From Methanobacteriaceae archaeon (GTDB taxonomy: Archaea > Methanobacteriota > Methanobacteria > Methanobacteriales > Methanobacteriaceae), in NCBI GenBank assembly GCA_003558085.1, contig PWMT01000038.1, positions 1-15,143 on the forward strand: a stretch of 15,143 bases of DNA. Direction: 5' to 3'. This document shows positions 6,889 to 14,624 of the stretch, piece after piece. The stretch's first letter is position 1; each line of letters begins with the position of its first letter. The notes under the pieces were generated by a model, which was not told the origin of the DNA, made no database searches, and saw nothing but the letters and a program-made list of their open reading frames with translations. Made by a program: the position numbers and the translations under genes.

Positions 6889-9177
6889 TCATTCTTTTGT
6901 TAATTTTCGCGCTGCTTCCAAGAGTAATTTTTGTTCAGCGCGAGCTACGGTATTACGTACTTCTTCAACAGCATCAGTATTGGCAGAAACACTGCTAATG
7001 CCCAATGCAACCAGTTTTTCCACTATTTTTGGTATGCTTCCTGCCTGGCCACAGATACTGGTACTTACACCTGCAGCTTCACATTTCTTAATTACTCTTT
7101 CAATAAGTTTTAAAACAGCGGGATGCCCTTCTGTATATAGTCCTGCAACGTGTTCATTATTTCGATCAATGGCTAGAGTATATTGGGTTAAATCGTTAGT
7201 TCCAAAACTGGCAAAGTCAATACCAACTTCAATGAAATCTTCAATTATCAAAGCAGCTGCAGGGGTTTCTACCATTATCCCAAAATCAATTTCCTTATGA
7301 GGTTTTAAACCCACTTCTTCGGCGATTTTTTTAGCGGTTATCAGTTCATCAGGATGCTGCACCAGAGGTATCATGATCCCCACATTAGTATAACCCTGAT
7401 CATGTAGTTTCTTAATAGCTTTAAATTCAGCTTTCAAGATTTCTGGTTCATCCAATTCTCTTCTAATACCTCTCCAACCTAGCATAGGATTATGCTCATA
7501 AGGTTCGTCTTGACCACCTTCTAAGGTTTTGAATTCATCAGTAGGTGCATCCAAAGTTCGATACCAAACCGATCGAGGATAAAAAATATCCACTACTTTT
7601 AAAATATTCTCTACCAAAATATTTACCAGTTCATTCTCTTTTCCATCTTTAATATATTTTTTAGGGTGGATACCGGTAGTAAGCATCATGTGTTCGGTTC
7701 TTAATAGTCCCACACCATCTGCTCCAGTTGCTGCAGCTTTTTTAGCAGCTTCCACCATACTAACATTAACCTTCACTTCGGTAACAGTTAGCTGGGGTGC
7801 GGCAGTTACCTCTGTAGCTTCAGTTTTCTCTTTTTTCTGGGAAACTTTTAATTCACCCTCATAAATGATTCCCTTATCACCATCAATGGTAACTATCTGG
7901 TTTTCCTCTAATTTTTTAGTGGCATCGGCAGTTCCCACTACAGAGGGAATACCTAATTCCCGGGAAACTATAGCCGCATGGCAGGTAACTCCACCTTCAT
8001 CTGTAATTATAGCGCTGGAACGTTTCATCGCCGGTACCATATCCGGACTAGTCATTACGGTAACCATAACATCGCCTACTTGAATTTTATCCAGTTCATC
8101 TATTTCACGGATAATTTTAACTGCTCCTGAAGCAATACCCGGACTGGCGCCTAAACCTTTAGTTATAATATTTCTTTTTATATCTTCTGGTTCTGTTTCT
8201 TCAGCCACAGGTTCTTTTAAAGTAGTAACTGGTCTAGATTGGAGCATATAAAGTGTTCGATCTTCAATAGCCCATTCAGTGTCTTGAGGAAATTGGTAAT
8301 GGTCATGAATCTTTTTACCCATTTTAGCTAATTGTTCTAATTCATTTTCAGAAAGTACTCTTCTGCTTTTTAGTTCATCAGGAACTTCTACTTTCACTGT
8401 TTTTCCCTTTTCAGGATCCTTCTGGAACATAACATTTTTTTCGCTAATAGTCTCCTCTAGTACTTTTCCACTTTCCACATCCACCCAGTAAGTATCTGGG
8501 GTTACTGTACCAGAAACTACAGCCTCTCCCAAGCCCCAGGATGCTTCAATGAGAATTTTATCTTCACCAGTAGAAGGATGCGCAGTAAATAAAACTCCTG
8601 CTTTATCAGCATCCACCATTTCTTGAACTACCACCGCAATGTATACTTTGGAATGTTCAAAGTTATTTTGTTCCCGGTAGAAAATGGCACGGGCCTCAAA
8701 AAGGGATGCCCAACATTTCTTAACATATTCTAAAACATCCTCAGATCCCCGGATATTAAGAAAAGTGTCTTGTTGTCCGGCAAAAGAAGCTTCAGGTAAG
8801 TCTTCAGCGGTAGCTGAAGACCGGATAGCCACAAAAACATCTTCCTTGCCAAGTTTATGGCAGAGCGCATTATAGGCCTCAATGATAAGGGTTTGAGTTT
8901 CCTCTGGCATTTCAGTATTTACAATAATTTTTTTAATTTTTTTAGAAGTTTCCTGTAATTCTTTATTATCATTAACATCTAAAGTATCTAAAAGTTCCAT
9001 AACTTCATCGAAAATACCAGTGTCTTTCATGAAATTATCGTAAGTCTGTGAAGTTACTACAAAACCTGGAGGTACTGGTATACCTACCCGGGTAAGTTCT
9101 CCTAAGTTGGCGCCTTTTCCACCAGCAATATCAACATCTTCTTTAGTTAAATCTTCAAAAAATGCCACATATTTCAT
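6889..9177 (-). CDS. ppsA: Phosphoenolpyruvate synthase (pyruvate, water dikinase)
   Basis: Motifs 'GGKGANLGEL', 'AIRSSATAEDLPEASFAGQQDT', 'LQSRPVTT', phospho-His 'TCHAAIVSRELG', 'DGVGLLRTE', 'SFGTNDLTQY' and 'SICGQA'. ATG at 9177 follows RBS AAGGGGAT; the ORF-track TTG at 9210 falls inside a repeat. No intein is evident. Confidence 0.97.
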   Translation of the reverse strand: MKYVAFFEDLTKEDVDIAGGKGANLGELTRVGIPVPPGFVVTSQTYDNFMKDTGIFDEVMELLDTLDVNDNKELQETSKKIKKIIVNTEMPEETQTLIIEAYNALCHKLGKEDVFVAIRSSATAEDLPEASFAGQQDTFLNIRGSEDVLEYVKKCWASLFEARAIFYREQNNFEHSKVYIAVVVQEMVDADKAGVLFTAHPSTGEDKILIEASWGLGEAVVSGTVTPDTYWVDVESGKVLEETISEKNVMFQKDPEKGKTVKVEVPDELKSRRVLSENELEQLAKMGKKIHDHYQFPQDTEWAIEDRTLYMLQSRPVTTLKEPVAEETEPEDIKRNIITKGLGASPGIASGAVKIIREIDELDKIQVGDVMVTVMTSPDMVPAMKRSSAIITDEGGVTCHAAIVSRELGIPSVVGTADATKKLEENQIVTIDGDKGIIYEGELKVSQKKEKTEATEVTAAPQLTVTEVKVNVSMVEAAKKAAATGADGVGLLRTEHMMLTTGIHPKKYIKDGKENELVNILVENILKVVDIFYPRSVWYRTLDAPTDEFKTLEGGQDEPYEHNPMLGWRGIRRELDEPEILKAEFKAIKKLHDQGYTNVGIMIPLVQHPDELITAKKIAEEVGLKPHKEIDFGIMVETPAAALIIEDFIEVGIDFASFGTNDLTQYTLAIDRNNEHVAGLYTEGHPAVLKLIERVIKKCEAAGVSTSICGQAGSIPKIVEKLVALGISSVSANTDAVEEVRNTVARAEQKLLLEAARKLTKE

Positions 9178-9200
9178 TTTATCCCCTTGATTTCTTAATA

Positions 9201-9265
9201 TCCTTAACAACTGCTATAAGCTTCAAACATCTTAAAATTCCTTAACAACTACTATGAGCTTCAAA
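9201..9265. repeat. Tandem direct repeat, 2 x 27 bp (25/27 identical), 38-bp period, in the ppsA leader
   Basis: 9201-9227 TCCTTAACAACTGCTATAAGCTTCAAA versus 9239-9265 TCCTTAACAACTACTATGAGCTTCAAA. Both are preceded by TCTTAA. Confidence 0.9.
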
Positions 9266-9343
9266 ATTTTATGATTGTACTTTTATAATTATTATAATGC
9301 TTCTATGAAATTAGAAACTTTTTAAATATGAATAAGAAATCTA

Positions 9344-9364
9344 TAACCGGTTGAAAACCGGTTA
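9344..9364 (-). terminator. Perfect 9-bp hairpin downstream of rpl10e (possible terminator or processing element)
   Basis: TAACCGGTT-GAA-AACCGGTTA, 13 nt beyond the rpl10e stop. Each arm contains the palindrome AACCGGTT. Confidence 0.5.
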
Positions 9365-9377
9365 AAAGGTTCAGATA

Positions 9378-9860
9378 TTATTTTACCAACTCTTCTCCTT
9401 TATCTATAATTATCCTACAAGAAACAGGTATTTTCATAGAAGCTCTTCTTAAAGCTTCTTTAGCATTTCTGAAGTTTTTCTTGTTGGTTTGTACCGTCAA
9501 TACTTTCTGTCCTTTCTTTACTAAAGCAGCGGAACTTACTGGTTTACCGAACGCTTTTCTCATACCATCCTGTACCCGGTCAGCTCCGGCTCCTGTAGCC
9601 ATAGGATTTTCCCGCACTACATGATGCGGATAAACTCTTATTTTCAAATGATAGCCTAATCTTCCAGCTTTTCTCTGTAAATAACGATTAGAAGCAATTC
9701 TAGCAGCTTCCAGAGAATTATGGGATATACTAGCCGGATTTTTAACTGCTAAACTCAAAGATAAAGGAAAATCAGCAGATAAATTACCCATATCATATTG
9801 AATAATCCGGGATCCAGGAATTCTTCTAATATATTCTCTTCTTGTGTAAGCACGAGCCAT
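9378..9860 (-). CDS. rpl10e: 50S ribosomal protein uL16 (L10e)
   Basis: Motifs 'YTRREYI', 'LEAARI..NRYL', '[33 protein letters not shown]' and '[11 protein letters not shown]'. ATG at 9860 with RBS AGGAGGA at 9867-9873. Confidence 0.97.
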   Translation of the reverse strand: MARAYTRREYIRRIPGSRIIQYDMGNLSADFPLSLSLAVKNPASISHNSLEAARIASNRYLQRKAGRLGYHLKIRVYPHHVVRENPMATGAGADRVQDGMRKAFGKPVSSAALVKKGQKVLTVQTNKKNFRNAKEALRRASMKIPVSCRIIIDKGEELVK

Positions 9861-10179
9861 AAATAATCCTCCTATAAAAATTTCTATCAATTAAAGGTTA
9901 AAGTATAAATTGATAAACTTAATTTGACTTTCTAAATAACTATTAATAAACATTACCTTTACATATGCTTATAATGATTCTGGTAAATATATACCATACC
10001 TTTCATCCTAATATTAAATAGTTTGTTGAACCTGCAAAACAATATTTTTTTTAGTTATCTCCAAGTGGAAGATGGTAGGATAAATGAAAAATTGATGATA
10101 CCTAAGAAAAAAAAGCATTGTAATATAATTAAATGCTTCATTAGGTTAAACTCATAAAATAAATTATACAGGTGGTATC

Positions 10180-10959
10180 GTGAAAATAGCTGTAACTGGA
10201 AAAGGAGGAGTGGGTAAAACCACACTAGCAAGTACCTTATCCTCTATATTTTCTCGCAAATATAAAGTATTTGCTATTGATGCTGATCCCGATATGAATT
10301 TAGCCTCCAGTCTTGGAATTAGAGAAGAAATAATCCCCATATCAAAAATGAAAGATCTCATAAAAGATAGAACCGGAGCCGAGCCCGGATCGTCCTTCGG
10401 TGAAATATTTAAAATTAATCCTAAAATTAGTGATTTACCTGATTCTCTCTCCATTGATTATGATCCGGAAGGAAGACTAAAATTGTTAGTAATGGGTACC
10501 GTGGATAAGGGAGGAGATGGTTGTATTTGTCCTGCTTCAGTATTGCTAAAAGCTATGTTGAGACATATGATTCTAAAAAAAGACGAAATAATTATTTTAG
10601 ATATGGAAGCTGGTATCGAGCATCTAGGACGTAAAACAGCTGAATCCGTGGATATAATGATAGTGGTGGTGGAACCTGGTTTAAAATCATTAGAAACAGC
10701 CCGCAGAATCAAAAAACTGGCTAAAGATATTGGGATTAAAAATTTACAAGCGGTGATCAATAAGGTCTCCAGTGCAGCTGAAGAGGAATTCGTCCAAGAA
10801 AAACTCAAAGAATTAAAAATAGAAGTTTTAGGGAGTATACCTCAAGATCAAAGTGTAGTAAGGGCAGATATGGAAGCAAAACCATTAACTGCTTATGATA
10901 ATTCTCCAGCAAGTATGGCCATAGAAACCATTGCCGAGAATATCTTAAAAAAAATTTAA
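10180..10959 (+). CDS. cooC: CooC/AcsF-type nickel-insertion ATPase (MinD/ParA class)
   Basis: Deviant Walker A 'GKGGVGKTT', 'IDADPDMNL', metal-binding CxC 'GGDGCICPAS', and 'LDMEAGIEHLGR'. GTG start with RBS AGGTGG. Confidence 0.85.
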   Translation: MKIAVTGKGGVGKTTLASTLSSIFSRKYKVFAIDADPDMNLASSLGIREEIIPISKMKDLIKDRTGAEPGSSFGEIFKINPKISDLPDSLSIDYDPEGRLKLLVMGTVDKGGDGCICPASVLLKAMLRHMILKKDEIIILDMEAGIEHLGRKTAESVDIMIVVVEPGLKSLETARRIKKLAKDIGIKNLQAVINKVSSAAEEEFVQEKLKELKIEVLGSIPQDQSVVRADMEAKPLTAYDNSPASMAIETIAENILKKI

Positions 10960-11002
10960 TAAAAATAACCCCCCATATTAAAACGGGAAAAAAGCGATAC
11001 AA

Positions 11003-11230
11003 ATGCAGATAAAAGCAGAAATTAGAGTAGAATATTCTACTCCTGAACAGGCCAATATCACTTTACATTCTTTAAAACCAGACGACACAGATTATGTAGA
11101 CTCCCAAATCAAAGGAAATATTGTAAAATTTAAAATATCATCTGATTCTATGCGCAGCATATTGGCTACAGTCGAGGACCTCTTATTTTGTGAGATGGTC
11201 GTGGAGAGAATGTTAACCGATATGGAATAA
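11003..11230 (+). CDS. KEOPS complex Pcc1-family subunit, probably the Pcc2 paralog
   Basis: 75 aa with the Pcc1 beta-alpha-beta-beta-alpha pattern: 'IKAEIRVEY', 'A......SLKPDD', 'VKFKISSDS', 'ILATVEDLLFC'. Directly upstream of serS. Confidence 0.8.
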   Translation: MQIKAEIRVEYSTPEQANITLHSLKPDDTDYVDSQIKGNIVKFKISSDSMRSILATVEDLLFCEMVVERMLTDME

Positions 11231-11301
11231 TTTTAATTAAAATTCTAATTAATTAATATGATCAAAAAGACAGGCTTATATATTAATAGTATGGTGAAAT
11301 T

Positions 11302-12867
11302 ATGAAATTCATACTTCAAGGCGAAATAAGTTTCTCTAAAGATGCAGAAGAAGCTAAAAAAGATATAGAAGAGTTCATAAAAGAAGCTAATAAGGAATTA
11401 TTACTAAGGGGAGTACCTGAAAACCAGGAGAAGGAAGGAGCTCGAATCAGCACCTGGAAAGTTAAAGGTACCTTACTTCATCTAGAAATTGAATCCGGAT
11501 ATCGAGTAAGAGCACATGATGCACTACTTAGAATTAAAAAACCATTAAGTCAGCTTTTAGGTAAAAAATATCATTTAGGTATTCGGAAAATATATGTTAG
11601 AAAATATAAGGTGATAATACCCACCGAAAACGTGGATTATGATATAGATGTGGAACTGTTAGATAGCTTACCCCAGATCTCTGATTTTAAAATAAAGGAT
11701 AAGGCAATCATAGTAGAAATAAATGATATAGAAGAATCTGATCTTAGAAAACATATAGTTAACCGCGTAATTAAACACGTAACCCAAAAGAAAAGCGAAG
11801 AAAAAGTATCCGCAGACAAACCCAGCGATATTCTAACTAGACAAGTGACCAAAGCCACCCCTGGAGAAATTGTATCCCGTAGTAAAAAAATCAAACCATT
11901 ATTTAAAGGAGATGCAACTGAGGAAGCTATCAATCAAGGCTGGGTTAAAAAATTCCCTGGTCGAGGCCAATGGTTCTATGGACCACAATTAGTAGCTCTT
12001 CATAGAGCTATAGAAGAAATATTTCTAGAAGAACTAGTATATGCAATGGGTTTTATGGAATGTTTTTTCCCTAAATTAATTCCCTTACCCATTATGGATA
12101 AAATGAAATACTTGGAAGGATTACCGGAAGGGATGTACTATTGTTCCGCCCCTAAAAGAGATCCTGAAACTTTTGAAAAATTTAAAAATGAGTTGGTAAT
12201 AAAAAAAGAAATTCCGCTAGATCTTTTAAAAGAAGGGCTTAAGGATCCATCTTATGTTATTGCCCCTGCCCAGTGCGAACCATTTTATGAATTTCTAAGT
12301 CATGAAGTAGTGGATGAAAAGGAACTGCCTATAAAATTTTTTGATAGAAGTGGATGGACCTATCGTTGGGAAGCAGGAGGTGCTAAGGGACTAGATAGAG
12401 TGCATGAGTTCCAGCGAATCGAACTGGTATGGTTAGGCACTCCTGAACAAACTAACAACATCCGAGATGAAACTCTATACATTTCCTATCAACTGGCAGA
12501 TAAAATGGAACTAGAATGGTACAATGAAGTAGGAGACGATCCCTTCTATCTAGAAGGACGTAAAGTAGAAGAAAGGGGAATTGAATTCCCAGATGTGCCT
12601 AAATATGAAATGAGAATAGCTATTCCTGGTAAAGATAAAGGTGTGGCTGTAGTTTCAGCTAATGTGCATGGTACTCACTTTATAGAAGGTTTTTCAATTA
12701 AAGAAGCTCGTAAGAATCCCATATGGACTGGATGTACTGGTATTGGTGTTTCCCGTTGGATTTTTGGTTTTCTAGCCCAGAAAGGTTTTGATCCGGAAAA
12801 TTGGCCTGAAATAGTAAAACAGCGTGTGGAAAAGATCAGTGCACCTAAACTGGTAACCTGGCCATAA
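11302..12867 (+). CDS. serS: Serine--tRNA ligase, methanogen-type (zinc-dependent, atypical SerRS)
   Basis: Methanogen-type N-domain 'IESGYRVRAHDALLR' without the bacterial coiled coil. Candidate Zn-ligand motifs 'AQCEPFY', 'GWTYRWE..GLDRVHEFQRIE' and 'WTGCTGIGVSRW'. RBS GGTGA. Confidence 0.96.
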   Translation: MKFILQGEISFSKDAEEAKKDIEEFIKEANKELLLRGVPENQEKEGARISTWKVKGTLLHLEIESGYRVRAHDALLRIKKPLSQLLGKKYHLGIRKIYVRKYKVIIPTENVDYDIDVELLDSLPQISDFKIKDKAIIVEINDIEESDLRKHIVNRVIKHVTQKKSEEKVSADKPSDILTRQVTKATPGEIVSRSKKIKPLFKGDATEEAINQGWVKKFPGRGQWFYGPQLVALHRAIEEIFLEELVYAMGFMECFFPKLIPLPIMDKMKYLEGLPEGMYYCSAPKRDPETFEKFKNELVIKKEIPLDLLKEGLKDPSYVIAPAQCEPFYEFLSHEVVDEKELPIKFFDRSGWTYRWEAGGAKGLDRVHEFQRIELVWLGTPEQTNNIRDETLYISYQLADKMELEWYNEVGDDPFYLEGRKVEERGIEFPDVPKYEMRIAIPGKDKGVAVVSANVHGTHFIEGFSIKEARKNPIWTGCTGIGVSRWIFGFLAQKGFDPENWPEIVKQRVEKISAPKLVTWP

Positions 12868-12899
12868 AACTAATTTAATCTAATATGGTGGTATTAAAA

Positions 12900-13295
12900 A
12901 TGAATTGTGATAACCATCCCGATAAGGAAGGAATTGCAGCCTGTATAAGTTGTGGTAAGATACTCTGCCATGACTGTCGATTGAAGTTAGCAGGTAAAAA
13001 TTATTGTCAGGAATGTGCTGATGATCTGGTGTCTAAAGCTAGAAAAGATGAAATATATGCTAAACCTACTCCCCAGGAGACTAGTTATGAAAGAGCCCGA
13101 TCTAGACCAGTGGAAAGATCTTCTAATAGATTTTTATTATTTTGCCTTATTTTTTTAATAGTGGTTTTCTTTATAGCTCTGGGGCTTTATCTTGCATATC
13201 TGATTTATTTAGCTCCAATTTATGGGGATTTAGGGAATGTAATCGATATTCTCTTAAATGAGCCAGATAGAATAATAAGCGTATTTAGGAATTAG
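12900..13295 (+). CDS. B-box-type zinc-finger protein with a C-terminal transmembrane helix, function unknown
   Basis: N-terminal 'C-x2-H-x7-C-x2-C-x4-C-x2-C-x9-C-x2-C' (MNCDNHP...CISCGKILCHDC...YCQEC), a charged linker, and hydrophobic 'FLLFCLIFLIVVFFIALGLYLAYLIYL'. ATG 12900 follows RBS GGTGG (the ORF track starts at 12885). Confidence 0.8.
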   Translation: MNCDNHPDKEGIAACISCGKILCHDCRLKLAGKNYCQECADDLVSKARKDEIYAKPTPQETSYERARSRPVERSSNRFLLFCLIFLIVVFFIALGLYLAYLIYLAPIYGDLGNVIDILLNEPDRIISVFRN

Positions 13296-13305
13296 GAGGA
13301 TCTAA

Positions 13306-13650
13306 TTGACTAAAACTGATCCTGAAAAATATGGTTTTTTATGTCATAAACAGGTAGATAGAAGTATATATATCAGGAACAAGCCCCTTCCTATTTGTGC
13401 CCGGTGTACTGGTATCCTGTTAGGGATTTTCACCTTACCAATATTTCATATGGGTATCCTAAATCCTTCCATCTATATTATGTTAATATTGGCCGCTCCT
13501 GCCACCTTAGATTCAACCACCCAGTATATGCGATGGAGAACAAGCAATAATCTCCTAAGAATAATTACAGGATTCCTTTTAGGCTCAGCCTTAGCAGTTT
13601 TAGTAGTAATTAGTGGAAGCATGATCATTAATAATCTGCAGCTATTATAA
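13306..13650 (+). CDS. DUF2085-like membrane protein
   Basis: Motifs 'LCHKQVDRS', 'LPICARCTGILLG', 'P..LD..TQ' and 'R.SNNLLRIITGFLLG'; three hydrophobic segments. TTG start after AGGAGG, which overlaps the upstream stop. Confidence 0.8.
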   Translation: MTKTDPEKYGFLCHKQVDRSIYIRNKPLPICARCTGILLGIFTLPIFHMGILNPSIYIMLILAAPATLDSTTQYMRWRTSNNLLRIITGFLLGSALAVLVVISGSMIINNLQLL

Positions 13651-13678
13651 AAAAATGTAATTAATCTCGCCAGATAAA

Positions 13679-13793
13679 AAAAAAACTAAGTGACTAACAA
13701 CACTCCTAAAGAATATCCCTTAAATACAAAAAAACTAAGTTACTAACAACAAATTAAAAAAAATCGTTTAAAAATAAAAAATAGAAGTTACTA
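13679..13793. repeat. Direct repeat, 2 x 24 bp (23/24 identical) plus a degenerate third copy, ~49-bp period
   Basis: 13679-13702 AAAAAAACTAAGTGACTAACAACA; 13728-13751 AAAAAAACTAAGTTACTAACAACA; core AAGTTACTA again at 13785-13793 after an A-run. Confidence 0.85.
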
Positions 13794-13806
13794 TTAGATC
13801 ATACTT

Positions 13807-13817
13807 AAAAAAAAAAA
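13807..13817 (-). terminator. T11 tract, likely terminator of the FKBP gene
   Basis: A11 on the plus strand, 15 nt beyond the FKBP stop at 13833. Confidence 0.55.
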
Positions 13818-13832
13818 TAAGAATTTAAGGAA

Positions 13833-14624
13833 TTATTCCTCTTTTTCTTCTCTTTCTGTTAGAACTTCTTCTGCAATTTCTTGAACTTCTGCTTCTGATA
13901 CACCTTCATCTGGCATTTCTTTCTTCTTTTCAAAGATGTCACTAAATTCCACCCTTTCCAGGCCCTCTATATTTTCCCAAATATCTTTGGAGATTCTAAA
14001 TCGGGCTAAGGTTATATCCATGTAAGGTTTCTGATCAAAACGAGAGAGTTCATCCATTACAATAGTTACTTTGTTATCTTCAATATTTACTTCGGTCTTA
14101 TCCAGATCTAGTTTAGGATTGGGGTAGTGGAGTTTAATCATGCTTTTAATTTTATCCTCATCATCCTGGATGATTTCCTTAATTTCCACATCATACTCTA
14201 AGTTTTTTCCAGCTAATTCATGATTAAAATCTAAACGAACCCTTCCACCACTGATACTTTGAATTCTACCATTATGGCCTTCCACTGTGACATTCATACC
14301 CACGTAAGGTTTTATATTCTGTTTTTTAAATTCCTTCATAGGTACTAACTGCACTAGTTTAGGATCTCGCTCACCAAAGCCTTCTTCTGGAGTAAGTTCG
14401 ATATGTTTTTTCTCTCCTTCTTCCATACCGATTATAGCCTCATCTATCCCCTTTAATAGGTGACCTCCACCTACAATGATAGGTATGGGACCATAAACTT
14501 TATCCTCAACTTTTATTCCGGCTTCTTCAGCCACTTCTTCAATGGTGGTATCAAAGACATTACCAGTTTCTTTGGTACGTCCTGTAAATTCTAATTTTAT
14601 AAAATCTCCTTCATTTATTGCCAT
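13833..14624 (-). CDS. Long-type archaeal FKBP peptidyl-prolyl cis-trans isomerase (SlyD-like)
   Basis: Motifs '[19 protein letters not shown]', '[17 protein letters not shown]', 'PEEGFGERD' and '[13 protein letters not shown]'. Extra C-terminal domain and acidic tail. RBS AGGAGG. Confidence 0.93.
   Translation of the reverse strand: MAINEGDFIKLEFTGRTKETGNVFDTTIEEVAEEAGIKVEDKVYGPIPIIVGGGHLLKGIDEAIIGMEEGEKKHIELTPEEGFGERDPKLVQLVPMKEFKKQNIKPYVGMNVTVEGHNGRIQSISGGRVRLDFNHELAGKNLEYDVEIKEIIQDDEDKIKSMIKLHYPNPKLDLDKTEVNIEDNKVTIVMDELSRFDQKPYMDITLARFRISKDIWENIEGLERVEFSDIFEKKKEMPDEGVSEAEVQEIAEEVLTEREEKEE

Noticed and set aside
4575..8875. Short antisense ORFs within upp, mfnA and ppsA (4575-4787, 6511-6792, 6931-7113, 6980-7300, 7865-8083, 8684-8875)
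   Set aside because: They are opposite conserved genes and mostly have the Ser/Pro/Ile-rich composition typical of antisense frames.
9178..9210. ORF-track N-terminal extensions of ppsA (also cobS 1633, upp 4432, rpl10e 9890, B-box gene 12885)
   Set aside because: Downstream ATGs have better placed RBSs or give family-typical N-termini.
9960..10170. Possible C/D-box sRNA or other ncRNA in the rpl10e-cooC gap (TGATGA at 10093)
   Set aside because: There is no downstream CTGA D-box at a suitable distance and only scattered 6-bp complementarities; two divergent promoters explain the gap.
11229..11244. 16-bp perfect palindrome AATTTTAATTAAAATT upstream of serS
   Set aside because: It is entirely A/T within a low-complexity TAAT-rich stretch, so it cannot be told apart from chance without comparative data.
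10164..11933. Minus-strand ORFs 10164-10454, 10458-10808, 10805-11002 and 11637-11933
   Set aside because: They are antisense shadows of cooC and serS, with no independent coding evidence.
11302..12867. Atypical SerRS as a novelty
   Set aside because: The methanogen-type SerRS is a well-characterised family; it is useful here for taxonomy only.
13679..13793. CRISPR array interpretation of the spaced repeats
   Set aside because: Only two good copies, 7 of 24 bases are an A-run, spacers are only ~25 nt, there is no ATTGAAA(C/T)-type end, and no cas genes or leader are visible.
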